In this document: in pieces, positions 62,296 through 64,000 of the stretch
How positions within the stretch are numbered: the first letter of the stretch is position 1
Layout: each line of letters opens with the position of its first letter
Source: Sminthopsis crassicaudata
Lineage: Eukaryota
Direction: 5' to 3'
DNA: 64,000 nucleotides
Assembly: GCF_048593235.1 (NCBI RefSeq)
Contig: NC_133617.1
Span: 376,654,067-376,718,066 of the forward strand
Position numbers and translations under genes: made by a program
The notes under the pieces: generated by a model
What the model was told of the DNA's origin: nothing
The model's input: only the letters and a program-made list of their open reading frames with translations
The model's database searches: none

Positions 62296-64000
62296 ATACA
62301 ATTGTAGTATATTATATTATTGGCCTTATTTTCTCCCATTGCAATCTACAGGTTTTTAAACCTACTTCAAGAATATTCCAGTTAAAGGCTGCTCAAATGG
62401 TGATAAAAGCATTTACTTTGAGAAAACTACAACAGGCTTGCAATTAGGAAATACACAACCAGAACTAGCCACTCGCTGTAAAATTGCATTTATGACTTAT
62501 TATTGACAGCTCAGCTTGGCCACTTATGTGTGCTGTGAGGTTCTTTAAATATGAATCTGCCAATGGGAAATATTTGGATTGATTTTAATTTTTTATAAGA
62601 GTGTGATTAGATAAACTACTTAGAAATAAGAGAATGAATGGGAACCTCAGCAACAACACCTGTAATAAAGACTAGCTCTGCTCTTTAAGTATTTTCAACT
62701 AACAAATAGGAGTGTCATATTTTACAGACAGTATGCCTATTTTTCCTACAGCATGCACACCTTGGTTTGACAGGTTTTTAGGAATTAAAAGCCATGCATA
62801 AATTAAACAAATCAGGAATGAAAATCTTTTCATTATTACCAATATGATCCTTAAAATATTTATTTTGATGAATATAGATTATACAATAGAAATTTCATAA
62901 AATAGATATAACTATAACTATAACTAATAAAACTCTAGCATTACATGTTCAACAAACATGGTGATAAAAATTTATTCCCAATCTATACTCTTGCTAAATT
63001 TTTTTCTGGCACTTTTAGAAACTTATCAGTCATTTAAATTAAAATACTAATTTGAAGGTTAGAAATTCTATAGTTCCAGATGTTGAGGTCATCTCATCAG
63101 TTAACCCTTCCAGGTTACATGGATATAATTTATCCTGTATTCTAAGATAAAAAGCAGAAAATACTAAGGACACTCAGGATCAAGCTGCCAAACAAAATCA
63201 TAGGTTGAGAGATTAGTGTGCGTTGCAAATTCAGTTGTAAAAACAAATCAACAACAAAAAGAAAAAAAGAAAAAAAAAAGGAAAAAAGGAAAAGAAAGAG
63301 AGAGAGAGAGAGAAGAAAGAGAAGAAAGATTGATAGTTGGTTCAGAATCAATGATGAGGGATTTTCCCTTACACTTTGCTCTTAACCACAGATTGATACA
63401 TCCTTTTTTATTATTTAAATTTCTTTCAAGTGAAGATTTCACTGATATACTAATTTCAACAGAGCTCAAGAAAAATAAATCCAGATCATGTGTTGCTTTG
63501 ATAATAGGGACTTTTTAACCTTGATCCATTAATTTAAATAAATATATTGGGCAGATTTGTTTAATAGACCTTGCAGTAATATTACACTTGGTACATATCT
63601 GACCCTGGTTAATAACAACATGGCCAAAAAAATTAAAACATGCACAATAAAGCCATGAATAAGACTGGGAATTAGTTGGTTTGATGGAATCACAACTAGT
63701 AATTTTAAAATGTGACTGATTTCTTCCCACAATTAAAATCTTTCATTATGCTCCTTCAAAGCTAATTTCTTTCTTGTTTTTCTGAATAGTCGCTTCCATT
63801 AATCTCACTCTAGGTAATGATACAATTATATGTAATCATTGGCAGAATTCAATATGCAACACATCAGGCCCTTTGTGTGGTGATTGTGCACTTCTGGGGT
63901 TTGGAAGAGTTCCTCAGTATCACGCCAAAAGCAGATGCAAAAGTCTCTGACATTTTGCATGACACCAGTGAAGACTAGCATAGCAAGAATCTTCTTTCAG

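Overview
AT-rich, CpG-depleted, repeat-dense mammalian non-coding DNA from a draft assembly with seven short N-gaps. The repeat set points to a marsupial, probably a dasyurid such as the Tasmanian devil or a relative: WSINE1-like SINEs carrying 'acttaacacttcctagctgtgtgacc', MAR1/MIR, MER63_Marsup-like, devil-type L1 3' ends and an OC1-like hAT element. This assignment comes from my recall of consensus sequences, not a database search. No recognisable multi-codon protein-coding gene, rRNA, tRNA gene or CRISPR array is present. The long ORFs in the track are artefacts of microsatellites, a VNTR or N-runs. The window looks like a large intron or gene desert containing several enhancer-like islands. 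The best non-repeat signal is a 12-nt minus-strand microexon candidate at 51658-51669 with a complete neural-microexon splicing code: branch point, UGC in the pyrimidine tract, strong donor and downstream UGCAUG. Other notable features are a perfect 48-bp-arm hairpin (45801-45902), a frame-rotating 53/59-bp TAC-derived VNTR (about 56147-57180), a palindromic double TCF/LEF site, an RFX X-box, and a POU+SOX+E-box cluster. I could not identify the host gene.
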